Positions 16,335 to 25,611 are shown, numbered from the stretch's first letter. The stretch: 64,000 bases of DNA from an uncultured Acidobacteriota bacterium (GCA_963761805.1 CAVXIV010000003.1:89627-153626); one strand, 5' to 3'. Notes: generated by a model from the sequence alone, not told the origin. Made by a program: numbers and translations.

Positions 16335-18847
16335 CTACTTCAGATGGGTCTCGAACAGCTTGTAGATCCGCCGGTACTCGTCGAGCCAGCTCGTGGGCTG
16401 GACGAAGGTGTGATCCTCGACGGGGTAGATGGCCGTCTCGAAGCTCTCCTTCTTCAGCTCGATGAGCTTCTGCACCAGCCGGACCGTGTCCTGGAAGAAG
16501 ACGTTCTGGTCCAGCATGGGGGCGCAGATCAGCAGCGGCTTCTGGAGGCCGGCGGCGTACTCGATGGGCGAGCTCTTCTCGTAGGCCTCGGGGTCGATCT
16601 CCGGGCGGTTGAGGATGTTGGCGGTGTACTCCTCGTTGTAGTGCGCCCAGTCCGCCACCGGCCGCAGGGCCGCGCCGGCGGCGAAGAGGTCCGGCTGGCG
16701 GAAGAGGGCCATGAAGGTCATGAAGCCCCCATAGGAGCCGCCGTAGACGCCGACGCGCTGGGGATCGACGTTCTTGTTCTTCACCAGCCAGGCGACGCCG
16801 TCCTCCATGTCCTCGAGCTCCGGGGTGCCCATCTGGCGGTAGATGGCCGTCCGCCAGTCGCGGCCGTAGCCGGACGAGGCGCGGAAGTCCATGTCGATCA
16901 CCACGTAGCCCTGGCGCGTCAGCAGGGTGTGGAACATGAACTCGCGGAAGTAGCTCGACCAGCCGTAGTGGATGTTCTGCAGATAGCCGGCGCCGTGGAC
17001 GAACATCACGGCCGGATAGGTGCGCGCCGGATCGAAGTCCTTCGGCGTGTAGACCCGCGAGTAGATCGGCCCCGCGCCGTGGGTGGAGGGGACGGCGACG
17101 GTCTCGGGCATCGTCCAGTCCTGGGCCAGGAAGAATTCGGTGCGGGTCCGGGTGACCTGCCGCGCTTCGGCGTCCGGCCGGTTGGGCTGCACGAACAGCT
17201 CGTCGGGACGGTTGATGGAGGAGGCGGTGACGAGGAGCCGGTCCTCGTTCGGCGACAGCACCGGCTCGCCGACCAGGCCGCCGAAGCCGGTGAGCCGCTC
17301 GGCCTTGGCGGTGGCCACTGCGACGCGCCAGACGTCGTACTTGCCCGGATGCTCGCGGTTGGCGACGTAGTAGATGTGCTTGCCGTCCCAGCTCCGCACC
17401 GGGCGCGAGACCTCGTACCGGCCTTCGGGGGTCAGCGGCCGGATCTCCCCGGTGCGGCCGGAGAGCGCGTACAGCCGCGAGTAGCCGCTCTCCTCGGAGA
17501 GGAACCAGAGCGTCTCGTCGTCCGGCAGCCAGCCCATCTCGTTGAAGTCCCAGTTGATCCACGCGGCGTCGGTCAGCCGGTGGCGGGGCGTGAGCTTGGC
17601 GGTGGCGGTGTCGAAGGTGGCGATCCAGCGGTCCTTGTTGTCGCGGGCGCGGAGCTGCACGGCGAGCCTTTGGCCGTCCTCGGACCAGGAGACGTCGGAG
17701 ACTTCCATCGGACGGACCTGGGCGGGCTCTTCCTTCTTCTCTTCCGCCTTCGCCTCTTCGGGCTTGGCTTCGCCTTCAGCCTGGGGCTCGGCCGCGGCCT
17801 CGTCCTTCTTTTCTGCTCGTCCTTCTTCTTCATGGCCTCCTTGCGGACCTTGGCGGCCTCGCGGAGGGCCTTGAGGGGATCGTCCTTGGAGCCGGGGAGC
17901 ACGGCGAGGTCGAGGTCGTGGCGCTCGTGCTTCACGAGGTCGAGCAGGATCACGGAGTGGGGGACGGGCTTGTCGATGCCCACCTTGGAGCGGACGTCGC
18001 GGACCTCGATGTGGCCGCTCTCGGTCACCCACTGGGGGAGCCTGGCGCGCTTGCTCTCCTCGGACCATTTGGGCGCGGTGACCACCAGCAGCCAGTCGCC
18101 GGAGGGGGAGAGGGCGGCGCGCTCGATGACGGCGTCCTTGCCCAGGTACCAGGTCTGGGGCGTACGCGTGGGGTCGTCCTTGCGCAGGGCGAGGTCCTCT
18201 TCGCGTTCCTTCTTCTCCTTCTCCTGCCGCTGGCGGATGACGTCGAAGAAGCGCGTCTGCTGCTCCTGGAGCAGGGTGGGCTCGTCCTTGTCGGCGGGGT
18301 CCTTGTCGAGCACGAGCCGGGCGGGCTGGGAAGTGAGCCCGGTCTCCAGGTCGTAGACGAAGACGTCGTCGCCGGACCGGAAGGTGACGCGGCGGTTGTC
18401 GGCCAGGAAGCGCGGGTCGTCCTCGTCCCCGTCGGTGCGGGTCAGTTGCCGCACGGCGCCGGTCTTCAGGTCCTTGACGAAGACGTCGCCGTGGCGCTCA
18501 TAGACCTTGCGTTTGCGGTCGCGGCTGAGCACGCCGCGCGAGTCTTCCTTCACTCTCTGGGCGGGCTCGATCAGGACCGTCTTGCCGGTGGCGAGATCGA
18601 CGCGGTAGAGGTCCATCCGCTGGTTGCCGATCCCCTCGCGCTGGCGCTCGTAGTAGACCGACCGGCCGTCGTCCGACCAGTAGGGGTTCTGGGGCGGATT
18701 CCCGATCCAATCCGGGTCGGCCATGATCTGCTCGAGAGTCAGCGCGGAATCGTTGTCCGCGGCGAGCGCCGGAGCCGCGGCCAGCGGCAGGGCCAGCAGG
18801 AGGCAGAGGGCTCCGGCGGTGAAGCGGTGTCGTGCGTTCGGAGTCAT
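16335..18847 (-). CDS. S9 family serine peptidase (DPP-IV/prolyl oligopeptidase fold), exported, with one apparent frameshift
   Basis: The N-terminal ORF 17573..18847 has a signal peptide and propeller region. The C-terminal ORF 16335..18068 has GGSYGG (nucleophile elbow) and a catalytic domain. The two join if one A is added in the A4 run at 17809-17812 (KKKDEQKK/KDEAAAEPQ). Confidence 0.8.
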
Positions 18848-18856
18848 TCGTAATCC

Positions 18857-20281
18857 TTATCGAGTAGCCGTCTTCTTCGGAGCCGCGAACCTGTCGCGGA
18901 TCCACTTCGCCACCAGGTCGAGCATGGCGGGATCCATGGTGACCTCGCTGGCCGCGTATTCGGCCGGGCTGCCGGTCTTGGCGGGCTGGAAGAGGTGGTT
19001 GAGGCCGGGCAGGCGGCGGATGGTCACGTCCGGGTTGCCGGCCTCCTTCAGCGCCTTTTCGATCTCGGGGATGTTCTGGTCCGCGATCACCTGGAGGTCG
19101 AGCTCGCCGTTGACGACCAGCACCGGAACCTTGACCTTGCGCAGGGCCGGCCGCGGGTCGTAGTCGAGGAAGTAGCGGAACCAGTTGGAGGTCGCCCTCT
19201 TCACCTGTGCGTCGATCATGTCGTCGCCGCCGGCCTGCTCCTCCGGGCTCTGCAGGGCCAGAGCCTCCTTGCTGAGTTGCCGCAGCTTGGCATCGCGGAC
19301 GGCGGGGTCCTTTTCGGTGCGGATGAGCTCGAGGCTCTGGCGCATGATCGCGTCTTCGCGCTTGATGTTCTCCTCCGGCATCCCGCCGGCGCGGGAGATG
19401 CGCTCGCTCTGGAGGGAGAGGACCTCCGCGCCGGGGACGCCGGTGCCCGCGAGCATCACCACGAAGGCCACGTCCGTGGACTGGCTGGCGGCGAGCGGCC
19501 CCACCACCCCGCCCTCGCTATGGCCCACGAGGCCGACGCGGTCCGGGGCGATCTTCGCGTGCTTTTTGAGGAACCGTACGCCGGCCAGAGCATCCTGCGC
19601 GAAGTCGGCGGTGGTGGATTCGTCGACGCTGCCGGTCGAGCCGCCGACGCCGCGGTCGTCCACCCGCAGCACGGCGATGCCGTTGCGGGTCAGGTAATCG
19701 GAGAGCACCAGGAACGGCTTGTGGCCCAGGAGCGCCTCATCGCGGTCCTGCGGGCCGCTGCCGGTGATGAGCAGCGCGGCGGGGAAGGGGCCGGGGCCCT
19801 CCGGGATCGTGAGCGTGCCGGCGAGCTTGATGTCGCCGTTGGTGTAGGTGACCTCTTCGGAGATGTAGGGAAGCGGCGGCTTGGGCTCCTGCGGCTTGCG
19901 CGCCACCTCGACGGCCTCGCGGCCCAGGCGGAACGGCAGCGAGGCGCTCCCCTGCGTAAAGGTGCCGCGGATGGCGCCGTTCTCCAGCGTGCCGTCGAAG
20001 GTCGGCGCGCCGGGGATGTTCGCGATGGCGAAGCGCACCTTGGAGCCCTCGACCGTGATCCCCTCCAGGGGCAGGTCCTTGGCGCCTTGCTGCGGGATGT
20101 CGATGTCCCCTTTCCAGGCGCCGTTCTCCCAGGTCAGGTCGACCATGACCTGGAGCTTCATCGAGGGGAGCTCGATCTCGCCCTCCCAGTGGCCCGCCGC
20201 CGGGGAATCGGCGGCCTGGACGGCACTGGGGACAGTCATGGGGACGAGGATCAGCAGACAGAGAAGAAGGATGGAACGCAT
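18857..20281 (-). CDS. exported alpha/beta hydrolase
   Basis: ATG at 20281 follows GGAGG. The protein has a signal peptide MRSILLLCLLILVPMTVPSAVQA and a GHSEGG nucleophile elbow. The upstream part of ORF 18857..21136 is Arg/Pro-rich shadow. Confidence 0.8.
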   Translation of the reverse strand: MRSILLLCLLILVPMTVPSAVQAADSPAAGHWEGEIELPSMKLQVMVDLTWENGAWKGDIDIPQQGAKDLPLEGITVEGSKVRFAIANIPGAPTFDGTLENGAIRGTFTQGSASLPFRLGREAVEVARKPQEPKPPLPYISEEVTYTNGDIKLAGTLTIPEGPGPFPAALLITGSGPQDRDEALLGHKPFLVLSDYLTRNGIAVLRVDDRGVGGSTGSVDESTTADFAQDALAGVRFLKKHAKIAPDRVGLVGHSEGGVVGPLAASQSTDVAFVVMLAGTGVPGAEVLSLQSERISRAGGMPEENIKREDAIMRQSLELIRTEKDPAVRDAKLRQLSKEALALQSPEEQAGGDDMIDAQVKRATSNWFRYFLDYDPRPALRKVKVPVLVVNGELDLQVIADQNIPEIEKALKEAGNPDVTIRRLPGLNHLFQPAKTGSPAEYAASEVTMDPAMLDLVAKWIRDRFAAPKKTATR

Positions 20282-20295
20282 TTCGGTCCTCCGTA

Positions 20296-23130
20296 TCAGA
20301 CGGGAGAGGCCGCGGGCCGCCGGCGGAGCCAGAACAGGCCGCCGAGAGCCGCGAACAGGAGAACGCCGCCGGCCAGGGTCCAGGCCCAGACCGGCAGAGG
20401 GGGAAGGGCGGGACCCCGGCGGCCGCCGGGCAGGGGCACGGCGTCGCCGTCGCCGAGCACGACGATGCCGGCCCAGGCGGCGGCGGGAGCGCCCTCTTCG
20501 ATCAGCTCGCGCTGGGCGGCGTGGGCGCTGGCGGCCACGCTGAGGCCCCGGCCGAGATGGTCGTAGAAACGGTCGAAGAATTCGGCGGCCTCGTCGTCGC
20601 GGAGCTTCCAGAGGCTGGCGACCACGGTGTGGGCGCCGGCCTGGAAGAAGGCGCGGGCGAGGCTCATCACGCCCTCGCCGCGCAGCACCGCGCCGGTATT
20701 GGTGCTGCAAGCGGAGAGGACCACGGTGCGGCCTTTCAGGTAGAGGTCGACGATCTCGCGGATCTGGAGCAGGCCGTCCTCGGCGGCGTCGCCGGGGGCC
20801 AGCAGGACGCCCGACCGCTCGGGGTTGGCCTCGTCGGTGACGGCATGGGTGGCGAAGTGGAGCAGCGCGTACTCGTGCAGCGGGGCGTGCTTGAGGAAGG
20901 CCTCGGTAGCCTTCTCCCCCAGGCGCCGCACGCTGCCGCCGCCCATATGGCTCACCACGGAGCGGCTCTCCTGGCGGGCGAAGGGGAGGGCCCCCAGGCG
21001 GTCCGTGGAGGCGAAGACGGCGGCCGAGCGCTCCATGGACGCGAGCGCCGTCCGGCCGTTCCCGCTGCCGGGCGGCGGCGGGTCCGCGAAGACGAGCGCG
21101 GGCGTGCGGGGGGCGGACGGCTTGTCCTCCTTCCATTCCAGCCAGAGCGTGGCGGACGGCGCCTGGCTCAGCCTGTAGCGGGCGGCGAGGGGCCGCGCCT
21201 CCTTGGAAGCCCGCAGGGCGCCGAAGGGGAGCTGGTGCAGCACGTCGTCCGGGATCAGGATCAGCCGCTCGATGCCGGGCGGGAGACCTTCAAGCGCCGG
21301 CTCCAGGAGCTTCCGGTAAAGGGCGATGGAGGGGGTCACCTCGGAGCTGTCCCGCCGGTTGAAGGTACCGTTGAACAGACGGACGGCCGACCTCAGCTCT
21401 CCCCGGCCGGGCAGGCGGTAGGCGCGGGCGCCCTGGCGGGTGACCACGGTCAGCCAGGAGCCGCCGGAGAAGTCCTGCCAGGGGTCTTCCCAGGGCGCGA
21501 TCTGGAAGGAGAGCAGGGCCTCGTTGGCGGCGAGGGCCTGCCGCACCTCCGGGATTCCGGACAGAGGCCGCTGCTCCGCCAGAGGGGGGGCTGCGCGGGC
21601 GAGCTGGTTCTGGATCTCTGCCTCTTCAATCTCCAGGTCGTTGAGATGCCGGACCGCTTCGGTCCTCTCGGCCGCGGGGAGATCGGGGTTCATGAGCCGG
21701 CGCTGGACGCCCGAGAGCTCCTCCCGGACGGCGGCGCGGCGTTGACGCAAGGGCAAAGCCGCCTCCGGCAAGGCCTTGGCGGCTTCCAGCGTGTCCAGCA
21801 GGGTGCGGGCGCGCATCCGTTCCGCCACCAGGAAGGCGCTGCCGATCCCCTCGCGGTTGCCGGCGAGCGCCGCCTCGATCAGGCGTCCGGAGAGCCAGTA
21901 GTAGTCTTCGGACCAGGCGGCGAAGGCCCGGGCCTGGTTGGTGGAGCTCGCCTGGAGCTCGCGAAGGGTCTCGATGGCTTCAAGAGCCAGGCGCGAGTCC
22001 CGGACCACCAGCTTGTAGGGATCGCCCGCCGCCCAGCTCACCCGCATCCGCTCCCGCCAGGCGAAGGCCATGGACCAGTAGTCCTTGGCCTCGCGGGCCA
22101 GCTCCAGGGATTCGGCGATCGCCTTGCGGGCGCGGGGAGGGTCTGTCGAGGCGAAGTGCCGGGCGAGAGCGTTCAGGCAGTAGCTCCGGTCGCGCGCGGT
22201 GTCGGCCGCCTCCAGGCAGGCCTCCAGATGCCGGTAGGCCTCCTCGCCGCTCAGCAGCGTGCCCAATTGCCAGTGCGCTCTGGCCTGGATGCTACGGTAG
22301 TCCGCCGCGACGGCGGCTTCCAGGGTGGCGCGGGCGAGGCGGATCACTTCCTGCCGGCGCTCTTCTGTCGGGATCTCCGCCGCCTCGTCCAGGACAGCCC
22401 GGGACATACCATAGCGGGCCTCGGCTTCTCCCGAGCGGTCCCCCGCGGCCACCGCCAGCTCCACCGCGCGGCGGAAGGCTTCGTAGCCTTCCCGGGAGCG
22501 TCCCAGGTCGACGCTGATGTTGCCCAGCATGTTGAAGCTTTCCCGCTTCGTGTAGTAGTTGTCGCTCTCGACGGCGGTGACGGTGGCGCGCCGGAGCAGG
22601 AGGTAGACCTGCTCGAAGTCGCGGCCGACGCTCCAGAGATGGCGGGCCTTGAGGATCTGGGCCCGCGCGACCGCTTCGGGGTGGCTCGCGGCCTCCGCCG
22701 CTTTGAGCGCCAGATCCGCCTGGGCTCCCGCGTCGTCGACCCGGCCCGCATTGAACAACAGGCGGTGGAGGTTGGCCCGGGCCAGGACCTCGCCCCAGGC
22801 GTCCTTGCGGGCCACGAAACCCTTGACGGCGATGCGGAAGAGCGCCTCCGCGCGCTCCCGGTCCCCCAGCTCGAGGATGCCGAGGAACAAGCTGGGCCAC
22901 GGGCTCTCCGGGTGACGCGACAGCAATTGCCGGAAGCGCGCCGCGGTCTCTTCCGGCCGCTGGAGTCTCTCTCCCACCTTGTCGTAGCACCGGGTGGTGT
23001 CCTCGCTTTCCGGCTGGCTGGCGGCGAGCTTGTCGCACGCGGCGAAGTCGGCCGGCTCGGCGCCTCGGGCCCAGGAAGGGAAAGAAAGCGCCAGGATGAG
23101 GAGGAGGAGAGGAAGAGCCCGGAGCATCAC
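20296..23130 (-). CDS. TPR repeat plus CHAT (caspase-like) domain protein, with signal peptide and C-terminal TM anchor
   Basis: 944-aa ORF with a long N-terminal TPR-like helical region. The CHAT His/Cys dyad context is present (LLHFATHAV and VVLSACSTN). The C-terminus has a hydrophobic helix (WAWTLAGGVLLFAALGGLFWL). Confidence 0.85.
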   Translation of the reverse strand: MMLRALPLLLLILALSFPSWARGAEPADFAACDKLAASQPESEDTTRCYDKVGERLQRPEETAARFRQLLSRHPESPWPSLFLGILELGDRERAEALFRIAVKGFVARKDAWGEVLARANLHRLLFNAGRVDDAGAQADLALKAAEAASHPEAVARAQILKARHLWSVGRDFEQVYLLLRRATVTAVESDNYYTKRESFNMLGNISVDLGRSREGYEAFRRAVELAVAAGDRSGEAEARYGMSRAVLDEAAEIPTEERRQEVIRLARATLEAAVAADYRSIQARAHWQLGTLLSGEEAYRHLEACLEAADTARDRSYCLNALARHFASTDPPRARKAIAESLELAREAKDYWSMAFAWRERMRVSWAAGDPYKLVVRDSRLALEAIETLRELQASSTNQARAFAAWSEDYYWLSGRLIEAALAGNREGIGSAFLVAERMRARTLLDTLEAAKALPEAALPLRQRRAAVREELSGVQRRLMNPDLPAAERTEAVRHLNDLEIEEAEIQNQLARAAPPLAEQRPLSGIPEVRQALAANEALLSFQIAPWEDPWQDFSGGSWLTVVTRQGARAYRLPGRGELRSAVRLFNGTFNRRDSSEVTPSIALYRKLLEPALEGLPPGIERLILIPDDVLHQLPFGALRASKEARPLAARYRLSQAPSATLWLEWKEDKPSAPRTPALVFADPPPPGSGNGRTALASMERSAAVFASTDRLGALPFARQESRSVVSHMGGGSVRRLGEKATEAFLKHAPLHEYALLHFATHAVTDEANPERSGVLLAPGDAAEDGLLQIREIVDLYLKGRTVVLSACSTNTGAVLRGEGVMSLARAFFQAGAHTVVASLWKLRDDEAAEFFDRFYDHLGRGLSVAASAHAAQRELIEEGAPAAAWAGIVVLGDGDAVPLPGGRRGPALPPLPVWAWTLAGGVLLFAALGGLFWLRRRPAASPV

Positions 23131-23173
23131 CCGTGAAGTCTACCGCAGCGCGGCAACCGGAGTGGAAAGCGAA

Positions 23174-23195
23174 GGGCGGCTCCGGAGAGCCGCCC
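23174..23195 (-). terminator. stem-loop after the twin peptide genes
   Basis: gggcggctc-cgga-gagccgccc is a perfect 9-bp GC stem. On the minus strand it is followed by ttcgctttcc. Confidence 0.45.
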
Positions 23196-23231
23196 TGTGT
23201 CTCTATGCGAGGGAGGCGAGAACCTGGCTGA

Positions 23232-23351
23232 TCAGCCCTTCGGGGGCGGCGGATCGGTGCTCGGAGGCGAGGTGCAGCAGGCCGGATTGGGATCCTCGGT
23301 CTCCTTGGTCTTCACCTTCTCGATCTTGGCGTCCTTCACTTTATTGCTCAT
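23232..23351 (-). CDS. 39-aa peptide MSNKVKDAKIEKVKTKETEDPNPACCTSPPSTDPPPPKG (not in the ORF track)
   Basis: ATG follows GGAGAAccgatc. The last 15 codons match those of the neighbouring 42-aa ORF with only synonymous differences. Confidence 0.6.
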   Translation of the reverse strand: MSNKVKDAKIEKVKTKETEDPNPACCTSPPSTDPPPPKG

Positions 23352-23406
23352 GATCGGTTCTCCTATTGCGTCCGGTTGATCTCTGGGATCGGGTCAACGC
23401 CGGGGA

Positions 23407-23535
23407 TCAGCCCTTCGGCGGCGGAGGATCGGTGCTCGGAGGCGAAGTGCAGCAGGTCGGGTCGTTCTCGCTGGAGCCGTCCTTCGTCTCGATCGTCGGG
23501 GCCGGCAGCGTCTGGTTCTGGGTCTCGTCGCTCAT
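23407..23535 (-). CDS. 42-aa peptide MSDETQNQTLPAPTIETKDGSSENDPTCCTSPPSTDPPPPKG (not in the ORF track)
   Basis: ATG follows GGGAGAcccgaaa. It is a paralog of 23232..23351 with the identical C-terminal tail CCTSPPSTDPPPPKG. Confidence 0.6.
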   Translation of the reverse strand: MSDETQNQTLPAPTIETKDGSSENDPTCCTSPPSTDPPPPKG

Positions 23536-23661
23536 TTTCGGGTCTCCCTGTGGCTTCTAGTTTCGATTGGATTCAGGTTTCGTTCGGGTCTCAGGTGTCT
23601 CTCTCGTTGTCTTCCAGGAGGTAGAACGAAGCCGGCCTCCCGATCCCCTCACTTGTCCTCG

Positions 23662-23687
23662 ATACGTCGCCACGATTTTTTTGTTTC
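23662..23687 (-). promoter_or_regulatory. candidate ECF-type promoter upstream of the twin peptide genes
   Basis: The minus strand reads cGAAAC-N16-CGTAT, close to the ECF-type consensus (TGAAAC-N16-CGTA). It lies about 125 nt upstream of ATG 23535. Confidence 0.4.
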
Positions 23688-23736
23688 GCCCGGCGCTCAC
23701 CGTAAGTCGTTGAGTTACTTAGAGGAAAAGCGGCAA

Positions 23737-23767
23737 CCCCCTCGCCGGCGGCGGCCGGACGAGGGGG
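23737..23767 (-). terminator. stem-loop after the anti-sigma factor gene
   Basis: The minus strand reads ccccctcgtccggcc-gcc-gccggcgaggggg followed by ttgccgcttttcc. Confidence 0.5.
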
Positions 23768-23788
23768 CGGACGGAGAGCGGGAGCGGC

Positions 23789-24460
23789 TTATTTCAACGG
23801 AGTGGTGAAGGTCGGCGAGCTCCGGCGGGTACCGTCGGGGAAGACGGCGTCGACCTGCCACAGGAGCGGGGTCCCCGGCGCGAAGCCGGCGAGGTTGCCC
23901 GCGGGGATGCGGTACTCCGTGGCGGTCTGCCCCTGGGCGGTGGCGATCACCTGGAGGTCCTCGGTGCTCACCTGCACGTCGTAGGAGGTGGCGCCGGGGA
24001 CCGGGGTCCAGCGCAGCACGGCTCCCTGGCGGGCCAGCGCCTGACCCTCGGGGAGGAGCGAGCGCACTTCCGTCTGCTCGACGTTGCGGTAGGTGGACTC
24101 CCGCGGGCCGACGCCCGACTGGTAGACGCCCACCGCGATGAGCAGCCCGGCCGCGATGGCGGCGGCCGCCGCAAGGGGACGCCACTGGCCGAAGCGGCCG
24201 ACGATCACCTTGCCGGGGGCGGCGGTCGCCGTGCGGGACGCCTCGCGCTCGATCTCCGCCGCGAGCCGCCAGTCCTCGGCGCAGGCGGCGCAGGAGGCTG
24301 TGTGGTCCAGCACGTCCCGCATCTGCTGAGGCTGCAGCTCACCGCGGACGCCCGCCCAGATCGTCTCCGGGGCCGGGCAGGTCTCCGGCGCCGGCGCCGG
24401 TCCCGCCGGGGCCTGGAACGCGGCGCGGAGTCTCGCGAAGTTGGTGGTGTCGTCGGTCAT
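23789..24460 (-). CDS. membrane anti-sigma factor (zf-HC2) with a periplasmic Ig/FN3-like domain
   Basis: Start is taken at ATG 24460 after GGAGcgacc. The protein has H-x3-C-x2-C (HTASCAAC), one TM helix (AAAAIAAGLLIAVGV) and a beta-rich C-terminal domain. Confidence 0.7.
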   Translation of the reverse strand: MTDDTTNFARLRAAFQAPAGPAPAPETCPAPETIWAGVRGELQPQQMRDVLDHTASCAACAEDWRLAAEIEREASRTATAAPGKVIVGRFGQWRPLAAAAAIAAGLLIAVGVYQSGVGPRESTYRNVEQTEVRSLLPEGQALARQGAVLRWTPVPGATSYDVQVSTEDLQVIATAQGQTATEYRIPAGNLAGFAPGTPLLWQVDAVFPDGTRRSSPTFTTPLK

Positions 24461-24679
24461 GGTCGCTCCTCTCTTCCTACTCATCCAAAACGGAATTGAA
24501 GACTCAAAATCTCCTCGGTCCGCCTGGCGCCTCCCAACTTCCGGGGCTGCCTGCCGGACCTCTCCGCGAAGAAGAACGTATCGGCGGTGTAAATCCCCTC
24601 ACCCTTCGTGCGTATAGAAGAGATCGCCGGTGAGGGGCTGGGGCCGCATCCTTCGTTCTCCAGGTAGGAGGAGGATGCT

Positions 24680-24790
24680 ATGAAGATCAAGACGAAGACC
24701 ACGAAGATCGAGTTGCCCTGGGTCCTGGCCAGCCTGCCGCTGTTCGCGCTGTTCGGGTTCCTGCTGGCCGGCATGGTGGCGCGGTTCTAG
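24680..24790 (+). CDS. possible 36-aa single-TM protein MKIKTKTTKIELPWVLASLPLFALFGFLLAGMVARF
   Basis: A strong AGGAGGAGGA lies 5 nt upstream of the ATG. The peptide has a basic N-terminus followed by one hydrophobic helix. It lies antisense between the sigma and anti-sigma genes, and there is no further support. Confidence 0.35.
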   Translation: MKIKTKTTKIELPWVLASLPLFALFGFLLAGMVARF

Positions 24791-25371
24791 GCCTCGATCC
24801 CCTTCGAGGTGAGGCAGCCGCGCAGGTCGGCCATCCCCCGGTAGACCAGGTTTTCCGCCTTCTTGGCGGTCCAGCCCATGAGCTTGCCGATGTCCGGCAC
24901 GCTGTGCCCCTGGAGGTTGAGGGTCACGGCATGGCGGCGGGGCGCCACCATGAGGCCCAGGCAGTCGCGGATGGCCCGCCCGATCTCACGGCCGGCCGAG
25001 GCCCGCTCCGGGTCGGGGCCGGGCGCGGCGGGATCGTAGGAGACCGCCTCCTCCTTGTCGCTCTCGCTTTCGAGGGAGACCTCCTGGCGGCGGCGCAGGC
25101 GGCGGATCTCGTCGATCAGGGCGCTGTAGGCGGCCTTGCGGAGGTAGAAGGCGGTGAACTCGGCGGTGCCTTCCTTCTTCCTCTGGATCTCCATCACCCG
25201 CATCAGCGCCACCTGGACGAGGTCGTCGGCGCGGTCCCTCATCCAGTGCGGGCAGACGCGGTCCACCGCCCGCACGAGGTCGCGGTGGAGCTGCTCGTAG
25301 TCCGTTGAATACTCCCTGGGTTTCTTCCCTGTATCCGTGATCAAGATCCGCTCCGCCCGAAATCGGGCCAT
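24787..25371 (-). CDS. ECF-type RNA polymerase sigma factor
   Basis: 194-aa ORF with a region 2 segment (DDLVQVALMRVME) and a region 4 HTH (VPDIGKLMGWTAKKAENLVYRGMADLR). Confidence 0.85.
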   Translation of the reverse strand: MARFRAERILITDTGKKPREYSTDYEQLHRDLVRAVDRVCPHWMRDRADDLVQVALMRVMEIQRKKEGTAEFTAFYLRKAAYSALIDEIRRLRRRQEVSLESESDKEEAVSYDPAAPGPDPERASAGREIGRAIRDCLGLMVAPRRHAVTLNLQGHSVPDIGKLMGWTAKKAENLVYRGMADLRGCLTSKGIEA

Positions 25372-25611
25372 AGCGTACTACACGGTCCGCCCCGCTTCGC
25401 GCTGGGCGACGATCCCGCTCCGGGGCCTTTTTTCAAGCCGGAAAGACGGCCCCCTTCGAACCCTCGATGTTACAGCCGTGTGACAACTTGGCCATCCTTG
25501 TCACGAAGCTTGTCCCGAAATCACCTTGTGCGGCCACTTATATAGGCGACGTAGATTCAAATCTTTTCGCCGCGCATCGTAGTAGGCGGCATCTTATGGG
25601 GGGAGTTCAAG

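Noticed and set aside
25408-25434. Possible autoregulatory ECF promoter upstream of sigma gene 24787..25371 (GAAAAA-N17-CGTC on the minus strand)
   Set aside because: The -35 lacks the conserved AAC and the spacing is ambiguous (17-18 nt). It is too weak to report as a feature.
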